A DNA stretch of 64,000 nucleotides from Candidatus Helarchaeota archaeon (GTDB lineage Archaea; Asgardarchaeota; Lokiarchaeia; Helarchaeales; RDOG01), in contig JAHPZH010000003.1 of NCBI GenBank assembly GCA_019058315.1, positions 556,451 through 620,450 on the forward strand, in the 5' to 3' direction. Position numbers and translations under genes: made by a program. The notes under the pieces were generated by a model. The model was not told the origin of the DNA, did not search any database, and was given only the letters and a program-made list of their open reading frames with translations. Below, in pieces: positions 21,186 to 31,535 of this stretch (the stretch's first letter is position 1; every line of letters starts with the position of its first letter).

Positions 21186-21728
21186 TTAATCGATTTTATA
21201 AATTTCAGTGTCTTTTTTATCATTTTTTTGTTTCAAGATCTTTTGTTCTTCTTTAATTTCAACTTTAGGAGGCAATTTAAAATTTTTAAAATCCGAGGTT
21301 ATTGAAGTATTTTTTTCAATTTGTTTCTTCCAATCAATTCTTTTTTTAATCAAAGGGTGAGTATTTAACAGATTTTCAACAGGATCTATAATTGTTCTAT
21401 CTTGAAATTTATTATTTTCTTCATTTATTTTCTTAAGACCAAGTGGTTTATCCTTTTGTTCGGATTTTAAGGAAGCTATTTCTCCAACATTACGGACAAT
21501 TCCTTTATCCTCTGGAGGCGCAGTTTGAACTTTAGAAATGAGATTCTCCCTATCATCTAATTGAGTTTTCCATCTTAATTTTTTTTCTAATTCGGAAGTA
21601 GGATTAAAAAAATTCAATTCCAGACCGACTTTCGTATTAGGAGAGAGATGAGAAACTACATTTGATCCAGAACAATTATTACAAATACCGTTTAAAGTAA
21701 TACTTCCACATCTTTTACAAAAATTCAT
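21186..21728 (-). CDS. Protein with N-terminal zinc ribbon
   Basis: FCKRCGS...ICNNC; 5 nt from the GTPase gene. Confidence 0.65.
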   Translation of the reverse strand: MNFCKRCGSITLNGICNNCSGSNVVSHLSPNTKVGLELNFFNPTSELEKKLRWKTQLDDRENLISKVQTAPPEDKGIVRNVGEIASLKSEQKDKPLGLKKINEENNKFQDRTIIDPVENLLNTHPLIKKRIDWKKQIEKNTSITSDFKNFKLPPKVEIKEEQKILKQKNDKKDTEIYKID

Positions 21729-21899
21729 TATAATTCACTATCATTAATTTATTGAATATTTATGAAGTTAAATAAATAAAATAACGTTCAAAATTTTTAT
21801 ACAATAAATATAAAAATTATTTCTTTATATTTTTAGTTTCTCATTCTAAGTTTTAAATTAATTGGTTGTCAAATAACTAAAATTATATATGGATTAGAT

Positions 21900-23039
21900 T
21901 TGAAGGGTAAAAATATGAAACCTGGAACATATTTTGTATTAGGAAACGAAGCTTGTGCAGAAGGAGCAATTTATGCGGGGTGCAATTTTTTTGGAGGATA
22001 TCCAATTACACCCGCAACTGAAATTGCAGAATATTTATCGATACGATTACCACAAGTCAATGGGTTTTTTTTACAGCTTGAAGATGAAATAGCTGCAATT
22101 TGTTCTATTATTGGAGCCTCTTGGGCTGGAGCTAAAGCAATGACGGCAACATCTGGTCCTGGGTTCAGTCTCATGCAAGAAGCTATCTCTTATGCTTATC
22201 ATACCGAAACTCCAGTTGTAATTGTCGAAGTTTCTAGAAGTGGACCGTCAACTGGTCAAGCTACGTACCCTTCTCAACAAGATTTTTATCAAGTTCGATA
22301 TGGTGCACATGGAGACTATGAAGCAGTTGTTTTAACTCCTTGGTCAGTTCAAGAAGCATTTGATTTTACAATAAAATCGTTTAATCTTGCGGAAACATAT
22401 CGAGTGCCAGTAATTCTAATGATGGATGGGGCGATCGGACATAGTAGAGAAAAATTGACCATTCCTGATCCAGCATCCTTAACTATTGTGAATCGAAAGA
22501 TAAAAATGGGGCATTGTGAACCATTTAAAGCAATAGATGACACATTAGTTCCCCCAATGCCATTATTTGGAAACGGATGCAACCTTTTGGTAACGGGTTC
22601 AGCTCATGAACCCTCTGGATTAAGAAATTATAATCCAAAAATCCATTCCCAAACAGTTCAGCGTATTTCTAAAAAGATTACACAAGCAACTAATAAAATT
22701 TGTGAAATTGAATCTCAATTTATAGAAGATGCAGAATATGTTATTTTGTCTTACGGAGCTTCCGCTAGATCTGCTTACGGAGCAGTTCAAAAACTTAGAA
22801 GTAAATATAAAGTTGGGTTTATAAGATTAAAAACCTTGTGGCCATTTCCGGACGAACTGCTTGAAAAGGAACTTGCTGGAAAAATTAAGTCAATTTTTGT
22901 CCCTGAAATGAATATAGGAAAAGCAGTTCGAGAAATTCAAAGAATTAATAAAACAGCTAAAATAGTTTCAATAAGTAAACTTGGTGGTTTAATTCCTTCC
23001 ATAGAAGATATAATAAAAAAATTTAAGAAAGAGGTTTAA
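21900..23039 (+). CDS. korA: 2-oxoacid:ferredoxin oxidoreductase, alpha subunit
   Basis: GNEACAEGA, GYPITPATEI, EDEIAA, TATSGPGFSLMQE, RSGPSTG, EMNIG. Confidence 0.9.
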   Translation: MKGKNMKPGTYFVLGNEACAEGAIYAGCNFFGGYPITPATEIAEYLSIRLPQVNGFFLQLEDEIAAICSIIGASWAGAKAMTATSGPGFSLMQEAISYAYHTETPVVIVEVSRSGPSTGQATYPSQQDFYQVRYGAHGDYEAVVLTPWSVQEAFDFTIKSFNLAETYRVPVILMMDGAIGHSREKLTIPDPASLTIVNRKIKMGHCEPFKAIDDTLVPPMPLFGNGCNLLVTGSAHEPSGLRNYNPKIHSQTVQRISKKITQATNKICEIESQFIEDAEYVILSYGASARSAYGAVQKLRSKYKVGFIRLKTLWPFPDELLEKELAGKIKSIFVPEMNIGKAVREIQRINKTAKIVSISKLGGLIPSIEDIIKKFKKEV

Positions 23040-23041
23040 AA

Positions 23042-23833
23042 ATGGATAATCCTTCATTAATCAAAAAATATATTCGATTTACAGAAACTACATTTTGTTC
23101 TGGATGTGGAAATGGAATAATATTGAATTGTTTTATTCGAGCAGTCGAAAATTTAAAATTAGATCCGAAAAGTATTCTTTGTGTTTCTGGAATTGGTTGT
23201 TCCTCTTGGATACCTAGCCCTTATTTAAAATTGGATACATTCCACACACTTCATGGAAGGGCTATTGCGTTTGCTACAGGTGCTAAAGTTTTTAATAAAG
23301 CTCTAAATGTTGTTGTATTTACGGGTGACGGAGATGGTGCTGGAATTGGTGGTAATCATCTAATTCATGCAGCTCGAAGAAACATAGATATGACTGTTCT
23401 CTTGGTAAACAATTCGATCTATGGAATGACAGGGGGACAGTACGCCCCAACTACACCCTATAATACCTATTCTTCTACTTCAGTTTATGGAAATCCAGAA
23501 GACCCATTTGATTTATGTAAACTTGTAGAAGCTGCTGGGGCTACCTATGTAGCAAGATGGATAACTAATTATCCAAGAAAACTTATAAAATCAATTGAAG
23601 AAGCACTTTCCCATAATGGTTTCTCTTTCATAGAAATACTAACGCAATGTCCTACTGAATTTGGACGAAAAAACAAATTGAATTCATCTGTTGAATATTT
23701 CAAATATTTAAAGGAAATTACTACTTTAAAAAAAGAAATGGGGAAGATTCCTCTCGGAATTTTTGTAAAAGAAAAAAGACCAGAATTTACACAGAAAATG
23801 GATTCATTAATTGAAAATTCAAAAAAAAGTTAA
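23042..23833 (+). CDS. korB: 2-oxoacid:ferredoxin oxidoreductase, beta subunit (TPP-binding)
   Basis: FCSGCG, SGIGCS, HTLHGR, GDGD...NNSIYGMTGGQ. Confidence 0.9.
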   Translation: MDNPSLIKKYIRFTETTFCSGCGNGIILNCFIRAVENLKLDPKSILCVSGIGCSSWIPSPYLKLDTFHTLHGRAIAFATGAKVFNKALNVVVFTGDGDGAGIGGNHLIHAARRNIDMTVLLVNNSIYGMTGGQYAPTTPYNTYSSTSVYGNPEDPFDLCKLVEAAGATYVARWITNYPRKLIKSIEEALSHNGFSFIEILTQCPTEFGRKNKLNSSVEYFKYLKEITTLKKEMGKIPLGIFVKEKRPEFTQKMDSLIENSKKS

Positions 23834-23972
23834 AATTACACTCAAATGCGGATAACAATGTTCTATCCTTGCAAACCCATTATTAACTTTCTCGGCAGAT
23901 TTTGAGTAAGTTATTTAAGTTCTAAAATAAATTTTTCACAGTTCGAGCAATAAATTTCGATAAATATATCCT

Positions 23973-25268
23973 TTATTTTAATAATACTATATAATGGTCG
24001 TCCAAATCTTTTAATTTTACAAAAATAGGTATACGTACGACCATTAGTATTGCTGATATTAGAAATATAATCCCAATCTTGAGATTACCAGTAAATGGCA
24101 ATAAACCCGCTACAATCATTCCCAAAAGCCTTCCTAGATTATTCATCGTAATAAATAATATAAATGAGGTTGCTGCAAAATCTTTTTCAGCTGAATTCAT
24201 TGCAATAGTTAGATAAAGAATAAAAGCAGCATTTGATATTAGTCCAACTATTATACCCGCGGTATAATAATATATAGGAACTAAATTGGGTGAAAAAAAA
24301 GTTAAAAGGTAAAGTATTAAATAATGTACGGCAAAAACTATAGCAAAATAAGTTATTGATTTAATAATCCCTCTTTTTACAAACAATTTTGTAGAAATTC
24401 CCCCCAAAATCGCAAAACAAACTGAAGGTACGAAATATAAAAGTTGGGTACTGATAGTTAAACCAGAAATTCGAAAGAAGGGGTCTAGAGTAAATTCGGT
24501 GAGTCCATTATCAATATTGAGAATAAAAAACATAATAATCAAAGTTGGGATATGTTTTGATCGAATATATTTTTTTAATTTATTCATTGAAAATCTGGAT
24601 TTAGCTTGATCATTTCCATTTTCGTCAAGAAATAATACAGGAACAATTAAACTTAAACAAATTATACCGGATAATAATAAACCAAATTTAAAATTTCCAC
24701 CAATAAAAATGTCAAATTGTAATTCTGGGGTTAGGTGTAACCCTAAATGAATAGTATTTACTTCAATTAAAAAAGAAATAGGAATTAATATAAAAATACC
24801 ACTCAAATTTGCAATGTAAAATGTAATATTTGCGTTCACTTTTTCTTTAATTTCCTCGAAAGTTTCAGTAACGAGAGCATCTATTGCCACATCCATAAAT
24901 GAAATTCCTAGTGATTGTAAAACCCATAAAATTAAAAACAGATGGAGAACTTCTATGGGGTCTGCAAAGCCTAATAAAGGTAAGGTTATTCCATTTAAAA
25001 TGAATCCAAAAATCATATATGGTTTTCTTCTGCCTTTTATAGCTTTGATCGGATAGTTGTCAGTTAAAACTGCGACTAAAGGTTTGAAAATAATCGGTAA
25101 TAAAGCTACACCAGCCAAAATTGCTATGGCGAGATCTGAAAGACCTTTATAATTTTTAAGATAAACTGGCAGGATAATAAATACTATAGAATATGTTATC
25201 CCTTCAACTAAGTAAATATTTGAATATAATGTATATTTATATCCTCGATTTTCAGTAATTTTTACCAT
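23973..25268 (-). CDS. MFS transporter (AmpG/BT1-like)
   Basis: About 12 TM segments; FKPLVAVLTD...GRRKPY; DVAIDAL. Confidence 0.85.
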   Translation of the reverse strand: MVKITENRGYKYTLYSNIYLVEGITYSIVFIILPVYLKNYKGLSDLAIAILAGVALLPIIFKPLVAVLTDNYPIKAIKGRRKPYMIFGFILNGITLPLLGFADPIEVLHLFLILWVLQSLGISFMDVAIDALVTETFEEIKEKVNANITFYIANLSGIFILIPISFLIEVNTIHLGLHLTPELQFDIFIGGNFKFGLLLSGIICLSLIVPVLFLDENGNDQAKSRFSMNKLKKYIRSKHIPTLIIMFFILNIDNGLTEFTLDPFFRISGLTISTQLLYFVPSVCFAILGGISTKLFVKRGIIKSITYFAIVFAVHYLILYLLTFFSPNLVPIYYYTAGIIVGLISNAAFILYLTIAMNSAEKDFAATSFILFITMNNLGRLLGMIVAGLLPFTGNLKIGIIFLISAILMVVRIPIFVKLKDLDDHYIVLLK

Positions 25269-25395
25269 TTTTTTTTCCTTTTCTATTTTTTGTCCAAATA
25301 GTCGAAAAATATTTTATTGATTACAGATTTAAAATATAAATTTAATTGAAGAAAAAAAATTTAATTTAATGAAAAGATTTCTATCACCCTGGTAC

Positions 25396-25806
25396 CTATC
25401 CTATTTCTTTCTTTTCAGCAGATTGGCGAGTCAAGAGTAGAATCTTATTGTTATACAAAACAGAGATCCTGCTATCCATTTTCAGATCGAGTTCTTTACG
25501 AATATCCTTTATCAAGTATATTTTAGCTCTTTCATCGATTTTTAAATCAGCAACTTTAAAAGGATTTCCTATGGATTCTTCAATTTCGTTTAGAAGTTCA
25601 AGATTTTTACTCTTAGATAATTCATTATCCAATTCTTTTGTTAAATCAACTTGTCCGTTTAAAATCATGGATTTTCGTATTTTTTCTAAAAGTTGGTTCT
25701 GTCTTTTTAATTGCTTAATAATGTTGTTAAAAATTACCAATGAAATTGATTTATCCAAAATAACACCCTTTTTAGCGATCTTCGTCTCCTTTTCTAATAT
25801 TGACAT
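25396..25806 (-). CDS. Protein with C-terminal AbrB/SpoVT-like DNA-binding domain
   Basis: KIDERAKIYLIKDIRKELDLKMDSRISV; overlaps the 3' end of the beta-propeller gene. Confidence 0.55.
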   Translation of the reverse strand: MSILEKETKIAKKGVILDKSISLVIFNNIIKQLKRQNQLLEKIRKSMILNGQVDLTKELDNELSKSKNLELLNEIEESIGNPFKVADLKIDERAKIYLIKDIRKELDLKMDSRISVLYNNKILLLTRQSAEKKEIG

Positions 25807-27067
25807 AAATTATGACTGTTGCTACACCGATACCGATGATAGTAAGCATGAATGGGTTGTTAGTTCGGTTTGCAGACCCCATTTCCAACCACAGAATCAG
25901 AGGTGTCGGGTCTGGGGGAGGTGTGACATTCACTGCTAATTTATGGAACCCAAGATATACAGTTCCGTTTTCATCTCCAGCGGCAAAGTATAGACCGTCA
26001 TCCGAAATTGCGACTGTGTTTATAGGTGTGGTCGCTGTATAATTCCACAAAACTTCATTATCGGAGGTATATGTGATGTTGTTAGCGTCATCTCCAGAAA
26101 TTATGTAACGAGCATTTCCAGAAATCTTTGCTGATTGGACAACTCCAGTATCGTAGTGCCACAGGTACGACCCGTAGCCATACACACGAGTTATATTATT
26201 GGTATTTCCAACAATTGTGTATATACCATAACCACCCGATGTGTCCACACAAGTTATCAATCCACCAGTATCGTAGCCCCACCAGTAATTACCAGGAGGT
26301 ATTGCCGTTAGGTCATAGGCATAAAGTATGCTACTACTGCTACTACCAGCAATTGCGAACATACCACTTTCCGCTATGGCTACAGAAGTAATTCCAACAG
26401 TATCATTATGGTCAATATACATTCCCCCACCCATACTTGTAAAGATGGTGAAATTATTATCATCGCCAGCTACAAAAGAAATACCAGTCGCTGACATTGC
26501 TACATCTCGCACACTTGAACCAGTTGAATAGTTCCACATGTAGTTTAAGATACCACCAACACTATTGAACAGTATGACTAGACCACCAAGGGTTCCAGCT
26601 ACGAAATAACCTCCATCGTTTGAAATTGCTACGGATGTAACATTTGTTCCAGTATCATAAGATCCTAAAAGTGTTCCATTACTGGCAAGTAGAGTTACAT
26701 TATCACCAGTATCTCCCGACACTATATATTGTCCATCTGAGGAGATTGCAACATCATTGACAATACCACCGCATGTATAGTTCCACAGATAACCATGACT
26801 GCTATTAAAGCAAGTAACGTTTTGATTTTGATCGCCTGAAACTATGTGGACTCCATCTGCGGACATATCCACCTTATTTATAGAGTCGCCTCTATAATCA
26901 GTCCACAATAAAGAGATATTCGCTGCCGAAATACCGATTTCGGGGTTGTTATGCTGTATCGAAGTACCCGATAACATATTTGTGTTCGATGTGGATATGA
27001 CACTTGCAAGGATCAACGAACCTATAAACAATTGAGAGCATATTAGAACAAATATCTTCTTTTTCAT
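25772..27067 (-). CDS. Surface WD40/PQQ-like beta-propeller protein with C-terminal TM anchor
   Basis: Signal-like N-terminus; repeated W.Y.T...V..VAIS.DG.Y.V.GD units. Confidence 0.85.
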   Translation of the reverse strand: MKKKIFVLICSQLFIGSLILASVISTSNTNMLSGTSIQHNNPEIGISAANISLLWTDYRGDSINKVDMSADGVHIVSGDQNQNVTCFNSSHGYLWNYTCGGIVNDVAISSDGQYIVSGDTGDNVTLLASNGTLLGSYDTGTNVTSVAISNDGGYFVAGTLGGLVILFNSVGGILNYMWNYSTGSSVRDVAMSATGISFVAGDDNNFTIFTSMGGGMYIDHNDTVGITSVAIAESGMFAIAGSSSSSILYAYDLTAIPPGNYWWGYDTGGLITCVDTSGGYGIYTIVGNTNNITRVYGYGSYLWHYDTGVVQSAKISGNARYIISGDDANNITYTSDNEVLWNYTATTPINTVAISDDGLYFAAGDENGTVYLGFHKLAVNVTPPPDPTPLILWLEMGSANRTNNPFMLTIIGIGVATVIIYVNIRKGDEDR

Positions 27068-28371
27068 TTTCCTTTCCTCACGTCTTTAGTGGTTTTGACC
27101 GATTGTTTTATTTCAAAAATGTAACTTAGACCGTATATTAAAATGAAAACTGCAAGTGGAAGGAATCCAGCGATGTAGAGATAATCGTATAATGTTTCCG
27201 TTCTCAACCCTTGAAAGAATGTCATGTAATTACTGGTCACACTTGCTACCCAGCTCTCAAAGAAATAGGTTTGCGAAACACGTATTCCGATAGTCAAATC
27301 AACGATTTTGGCATCCACATACATATATGCAAATAAGAATGCCATGATTCCCCATTCTACCATTAAAGCCCCAGATATTCGGGTAATCTTGTTAAACCTA
27401 TTAGTATTTTTTGTAGTAAATGACTTAAAACCGTAAATCACTGATATTGCAGCAATCAACAAAGTAGCCACCGCTAATGCAATGTATGGCAGAATCAAGC
27501 GAGTATTGTAAATGAAACTACCTAATGGACCCATTGCAAACCCTTCGAGACTCCAATAATATTTATTATACAAGTAGTTTTTTTCCAAATAATGTCCCGT
27601 AAGTAGTAATGCCACTACAAAGGATAATATGACGGACATTATTGAAAATATTTTATTACCATTGTTTCTTTGTATAAATCCCCCCGATAGAACAACTAAT
27701 CCAATGCCCATTAGTCCATAAAGTGCGATATATTGAATATAGCTCGATAATATTCGGGGTGCGAAATTTTCTACAGCAACTAAGAAGATCATGGGGACAG
27801 AAAATAGTAAACTTCCTATAGTCCCTAAAAGTAGTTTATAATTTTTTTGTTTGGATAATTGTAATTCGCTTGTACTGGACGTTTGTGACGTTAATTCTGG
27901 TCTGTTTTTCGATAGTATTTGTATCAGTGAAAGTATTATTCCGATTGCCAATGTGGTTGTTAAGGAAATGATAAGGTCGGAAATTTGGACCTTGAAAAGT
28001 CCGAGAAAAAGGACGTCATTTACAGGTCTTGTAGCTACGTAGTCGATAATAAATAATAATATGTATAACTCGACTCCTCCGATGATTCTGTCCCAATTGA
28101 TATTAGTTACCTCCAATTTGAGATCCACTACATATAAAAAAATCCAATTGTTTGTTATTTGGCTAATCCTTAACACAGGTTCGAAAATGTAAATATAAGC
28201 CATTATAAATCCAATGATACCAGTTATTGTTAAACAGATACCTGTCATTCCTAAAATTTTCTTTATTTCTGAAGCTTTGCGCCTCTTGTACTCTTGAAAT
28301 CTGTCTTCTTGTATTTTCCCTATTTTTGTTTCTTCTAATTGTTTTTTTTCTGATATTAACATATCAATCAA
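27064..28371 (-). CDS. Multi-pass membrane protein
   Basis: 435 aa with about 9 hydrophobic segments; ATGA overlap with the next gene. Confidence 0.75.
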   Translation of the reverse strand: MIDMLISEKKQLEETKIGKIQEDRFQEYKRRKASEIKKILGMTGICLTITGIIGFIMAYIYIFEPVLRISQITNNWIFLYVVDLKLEVTNINWDRIIGGVELYILLFIIDYVATRPVNDVLFLGLFKVQISDLIISLTTTLAIGIILSLIQILSKNRPELTSQTSSTSELQLSKQKNYKLLLGTIGSLLFSVPMIFLVAVENFAPRILSSYIQYIALYGLMGIGLVVLSGGFIQRNNGNKIFSIMSVILSFVVALLLTGHYLEKNYLYNKYYWSLEGFAMGPLGSFIYNTRLILPYIALAVATLLIAAISVIYGFKSFTTKNTNRFNKITRISGALMVEWGIMAFLFAYMYVDAKIVDLTIGIRVSQTYFFESWVASVTSNYMTFFQGLRTETLYDYLYIAGFLPLAVFILIYGLSYIFEIKQSVKTTKDVRKGK

Positions 28372-28550
28372 CCTTTTTTTTGGTTAACTTAGTAAAATCT
28401 AAAGTGTGGATCAATCATTTATAAAGGGAACATGAACAAGTATGCAGTCTAAAAATTGAGTTATCCATGTAAAAAAATGAATATAAGACAAGTATGGATT
28501 AACTTTTTAATGTCGATTTTTTACCCGCTATAAAAATGAATAATATTCAA

Positions 28551-28591
28551 TTTGAAAAAAGATTGGAGATTTTTGTCGATTTTTTTTCACA
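28551..28591 (-). promoter_or_regulatory. 41-bp upstream motif, copy A
   Basis: + strand tttgaaaaaagattggagatttttgtcgattttttttcaca; 39/41 identical to 34914..34954. Confidence 0.75.
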
Positions 28592-28787
28592 ATTGTTTAA
28601 ATATGACTATTAGCGTCCTTTTACCCTATGTATTTAGAATTAGCCACCATTGAAAATTTTTTATTAAAATAATTGCAGTTCAATCCAAATTTATATTTTA
28701 TTTTTTATTTTCTACCACATTCACAAGTTAAGAGTAAAGGAGACCTATTATGTGGAAGATCATATTTTACCCCTATCAATTAACGTT

Positions 28788-29615
28788 TCACGAAGCTAGA
28801 AGATTTTCCAATCCTTTCTTTCTAATTTCCCTTGGTGAAGGAACAGATAATTTTATTTTGAGTTTTGTGAAGAGTTTATTGATTTGCATAGAGTGAAATC
28901 CATCCTTTAATTTTTGATACTTCTTTTCGCTATAATGGTCGTGTTTACGCAGATAACTAAACAAATCCACTATTTGGAATTTCTTGTATTGTTTTTGATA
29001 AGTTAGGGTGAAATTTTCCCATAAAATTAATTTCTTTTTTTCGATTCTTTCAAATTCTTTTTTCACCAATTCAAGGAAATAATACCATTTGAGAGCGGCA
29101 ACGTAATTATCTTCTAGTAACGCATAGACGAATTTATAATAATTTGGTAATTTCATCTGAGTAGACGAATAATCAGGAATGTGTGAAAAGACAGTGGAGC
29201 TGGGGCAGCGTTTATCGCCAGTTACGGGGGGAAGCACTCCTTGTGGGTTTAATATTATGGGATAGGATCTACAAGTTAAGGGGCGTTGCTTATAAATTAT
29301 ACATTTGTCTGAAATATAAAATGGGCAATCATCACAAACTAGAATATATGTTACGGTAAAAATTGCTTTGAATTTTTTACTAAAATACCCCAGAAGCGGA
29401 AAAAACCTTATTTTTATAGAATGTTTTTTGGCAAGTTTAATAATATCCTCTCGTTCTAAAGCATTTACCATTAAACCTCGATCATGGACGGGATACTTGA
29501 CTGCTGAGGAATCTGCGTTAACCATGGGTGCTGGGAGGGGCAGATGAATGTTTTTTTTACTAATATCTTTACAGCACTTACCACAATGAGAACAGGAAAA
29601 TGGTTTTATAGTCAA
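28788..29615 (-). CDS. YkgJ-family (CxxCxxCC) cysteine-cluster protein
   Basis: CSHCGKCC...CPFY...CIIYKQRPLTCRSYP. Confidence 0.85.
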   Translation of the reverse strand: MTIKPFSCSHCGKCCKDISKKNIHLPLPAPMVNADSSAVKYPVHDRGLMVNALEREDIIKLAKKHSIKIRFFPLLGYFSKKFKAIFTVTYILVCDDCPFYISDKCIIYKQRPLTCRSYPIILNPQGVLPPVTGDKRCPSSTVFSHIPDYSSTQMKLPNYYKFVYALLEDNYVAALKWYYFLELVKKEFERIEKKKLILWENFTLTYQKQYKKFQIVDLFSYLRKHDHYSEKKYQKLKDGFHSMQINKLFTKLKIKLSVPSPREIRKKGLENLLAS

Positions 29616-29724
29616 TTAATTTTCCTCACTGGTTAAGATTTTTAATTCTTCCTCGAATTATTTTCTTATTTAATCTATTTCATTAATTCAATCATGAATT
29701 AAATCTTTTGTTGTTATTAAAATT

Positions 29725-29886
29725 TTATTTAATTTTAACAACTTCTGGCAACACTTTATATGTTAATCCGCACGAACACTTGAATGTATTACTATGATTC
29801 GTGCCGTATTGCTTGGAAACTCTACCACATGGACACGTTAATACCAGACTGTAATCAAAATAAAAGTATTCGATTTTATATGTCAT
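29725..29886 (-). CDS. Small zinc-finger protein (53 aa from ATG at 29886)
   Basis: CPCG...CSCG. The track's upstream extension to 29994 runs through the structured element and is doubtful. Confidence 0.6.
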   Translation of the reverse strand: MTYKIEYFYFDYSLVLTCPCGRVSKQYGTNHSNTFKCSCGLTYKVLPEVVKIK

Positions 29887-29954
29887 AAGGGAATGATTTT
29901 CGTTAAATTTAAAAAATTTTAAAGACCGAATGAAAAATGAAAATCCTCTTAGGT

Positions 29955-30025
29955 GAACCTTACCCCCTCTCCAAGAAGGGTTTAAGCAATACAAGGGGGT
30001 TATTACTTAAGAAGGGGCAAGGTTC
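29955..30025 (-). ncRNA. Putative structured RNA or cis-regulatory element
   Basis: 15-bp outer stem and 10-bp inner stem. All three non-Watson-Crick pairs are G-U on the minus strand only. Confidence 0.55.
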
Positions 30026-30159
30026 TTTGATATGGTCTTAAAATTACATAATATTCTTTTAATGAAATAAATTAAGGGGGGTCAATTTTGTGCGAAGTTA
30101 TAAAATTAAATAAATATAAAATTAAAAAACGTTGATCTTCACCCTCATTATTCAATTAT

Positions 30160-31020
30160 TTAGGGTATTGAATCTAATATAGCAATTCCTATTCTTGTAG
30201 TTATTGTTTTTCCAACAAATCTCTTAAAAAAATCAATCATCTTTTTTCCAGACAATTCTTTTTTAATATATTCATTAAACTTCTCTCTCGTCCAACCAAT
30301 TTCCTTTAAAAATTGAAAGTAGAAATCTAGAGAATTAAGGAACTTCATGTAATTCGATTTTTCAAAGTAATTTTCCCAGTATTCAATAAGACCTGATGTT
30401 ATTTCCGCTTTATTTTCAATAATAAATTTATGAAGTCGAGTTTCAATTCCAAGTTTGGAAAATAATTTCTTTATGAATTCACCTTCATTTTCTATTGGGA
30501 GACCTAAATGCTTTAAGCTTGTTAAATATTCATTATAATGATTAGAAAAACTTTTAAAATCGGGAATTCTTTCATATTTACTTTTTTCTATTGTTATTAT
30601 GATAAATCTTCCATAGGTCTTTTTTACTCGGACCATCTCTTTTAACGCGTCTAGTGGTCGTTCTATAAAATCCAGCAACCCAAATGATGTTATTACATCA
30701 AATTCGTTATCTTGAAATTGGATATTAAAGACATCCCCATATTGTAAATGAATATGTTCGGGTTTGCCCCAATGTTCTTGACCATATTTTATGAGATTTT
30801 GATCAATATCTATTCCGTAGATCTGGTTGTTTTCCCCATATATTTGGTAAATTAGCCTAGGGACTGTTCCAATCCCACATGCTACGTCCAATATTTTTTC
30901 TGACCTTTTTAAATTCGATACTTTCTTAAAAATATTCTTAAATCCTTGATTATCTATTATATCTCTCCTACCCATCTCGGTTAATTCTATAAAATTCCAA
31001 TTTATTTTCAGAACTGTCAT
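30160..31020 (-). CDS. Class I SAM-dependent methyltransferase
   Basis: ILDVACGIG, GIDID, FQDNEFDVI, ALKEMVRV. Confidence 0.9.
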   Translation of the reverse strand: MTVLKINWNFIELTEMGRRDIIDNQGFKNIFKKVSNLKRSEKILDVACGIGTVPRLIYQIYGENNQIYGIDIDQNLIKYGQEHWGKPEHIHLQYGDVFNIQFQDNEFDVITSFGLLDFIERPLDALKEMVRVKKTYGRFIIITIEKSKYERIPDFKSFSNHYNEYLTSLKHLGLPIENEGEFIKKLFSKLGIETRLHKFIIENKAEITSGLIEYWENYFEKSNYMKFLNSLDFYFQFLKEIGWTREKFNEYIKKELSGKKMIDFFKRFVGKTITTRIGIAILDSIP

Positions 31021-31106
31021 CTCCCTACTGGTTCAAGTTCTATGTGAATTTCTCCTTTTTCGTAATTAATTCAGGCAACTCTTTTTTTTAATGAACATAA
31101 TATAAA

Positions 31107-31244
31107 TTAGACTCTACAATCTAATATATCTTTTAACCATTCTAACTGTTCTCGGTTATTTACCCCTTTCAAAGAAAGAATAGATATTAGATCTTTCTCT
31201 TCAGGCTGTAAGTCATTTTTTTTGATATTTTTCATTCCATTCAT
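31107..31244 (-). CDS. Small ORF, 45 aa (MNGMKNIKKNDLQPEE...DILDCRV)
   Basis: Translated by hand; GAGGTG ribosome-binding-like site upstream. Confidence 0.4.
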   Translation of the reverse strand: MNGMKNIKKNDLQPEEKDLISILSLKGVNNREQLEWLKDILDCRV

Positions 31245-31389
31245 TCTATTCAACACCTCGTTTCTTTAATAGGAATCATGTTTGCGGGGTCTGATCCACA
31301 AGACACACACAATAAATATAGGAGGCTATGCGAACAAGATGATAATAATAATGAGGATAACAGACCTTTCCGCCCATAATTTTCCCATT

Positions 31390-31530
31390 TTATTGATCTT
31401 TATTGATTTTAACATATTTTTTAATAAAAAAAGAATGTAAATTAGAGTATTCTATATTCATCTTTGAAGCTCCACGTAATGCCAAGCAATTTGCAATCCT
31501 TGAAAGGCGAATTTTTTCAAATTCATCCAT
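31390..31530 (-). CDS. Small ORF, 46 aa (MDEFEKIRLSRIANCL...KINKDQ)
   Basis: Translated by hand; starts 5 nt after the methyltransferase stop, behind GAGGTGA. Confidence 0.4.
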   Translation of the reverse strand: MDEFEKIRLSRIANCLALRGASKMNIEYSNLHSFFIKKYVKINKDQ

Positions 31531-31535
31531 TCATA

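Noticed and set aside
23840-23912. Interrupted inverted repeat between korB and the MFS gene (actcaaa...taacaatg/cattatta...tttgagt)
   Set aside because: Short AT-rich stems with large loops could arise by chance. There is no SECIS-like core and no in-frame UGA gene nearby.
29887-29994. N-terminal extension of ORF 29725..29994
   Set aside because: A TTG start inside the hairpin gives implausible sequence; ATG at 29886 gives a compact zinc finger.
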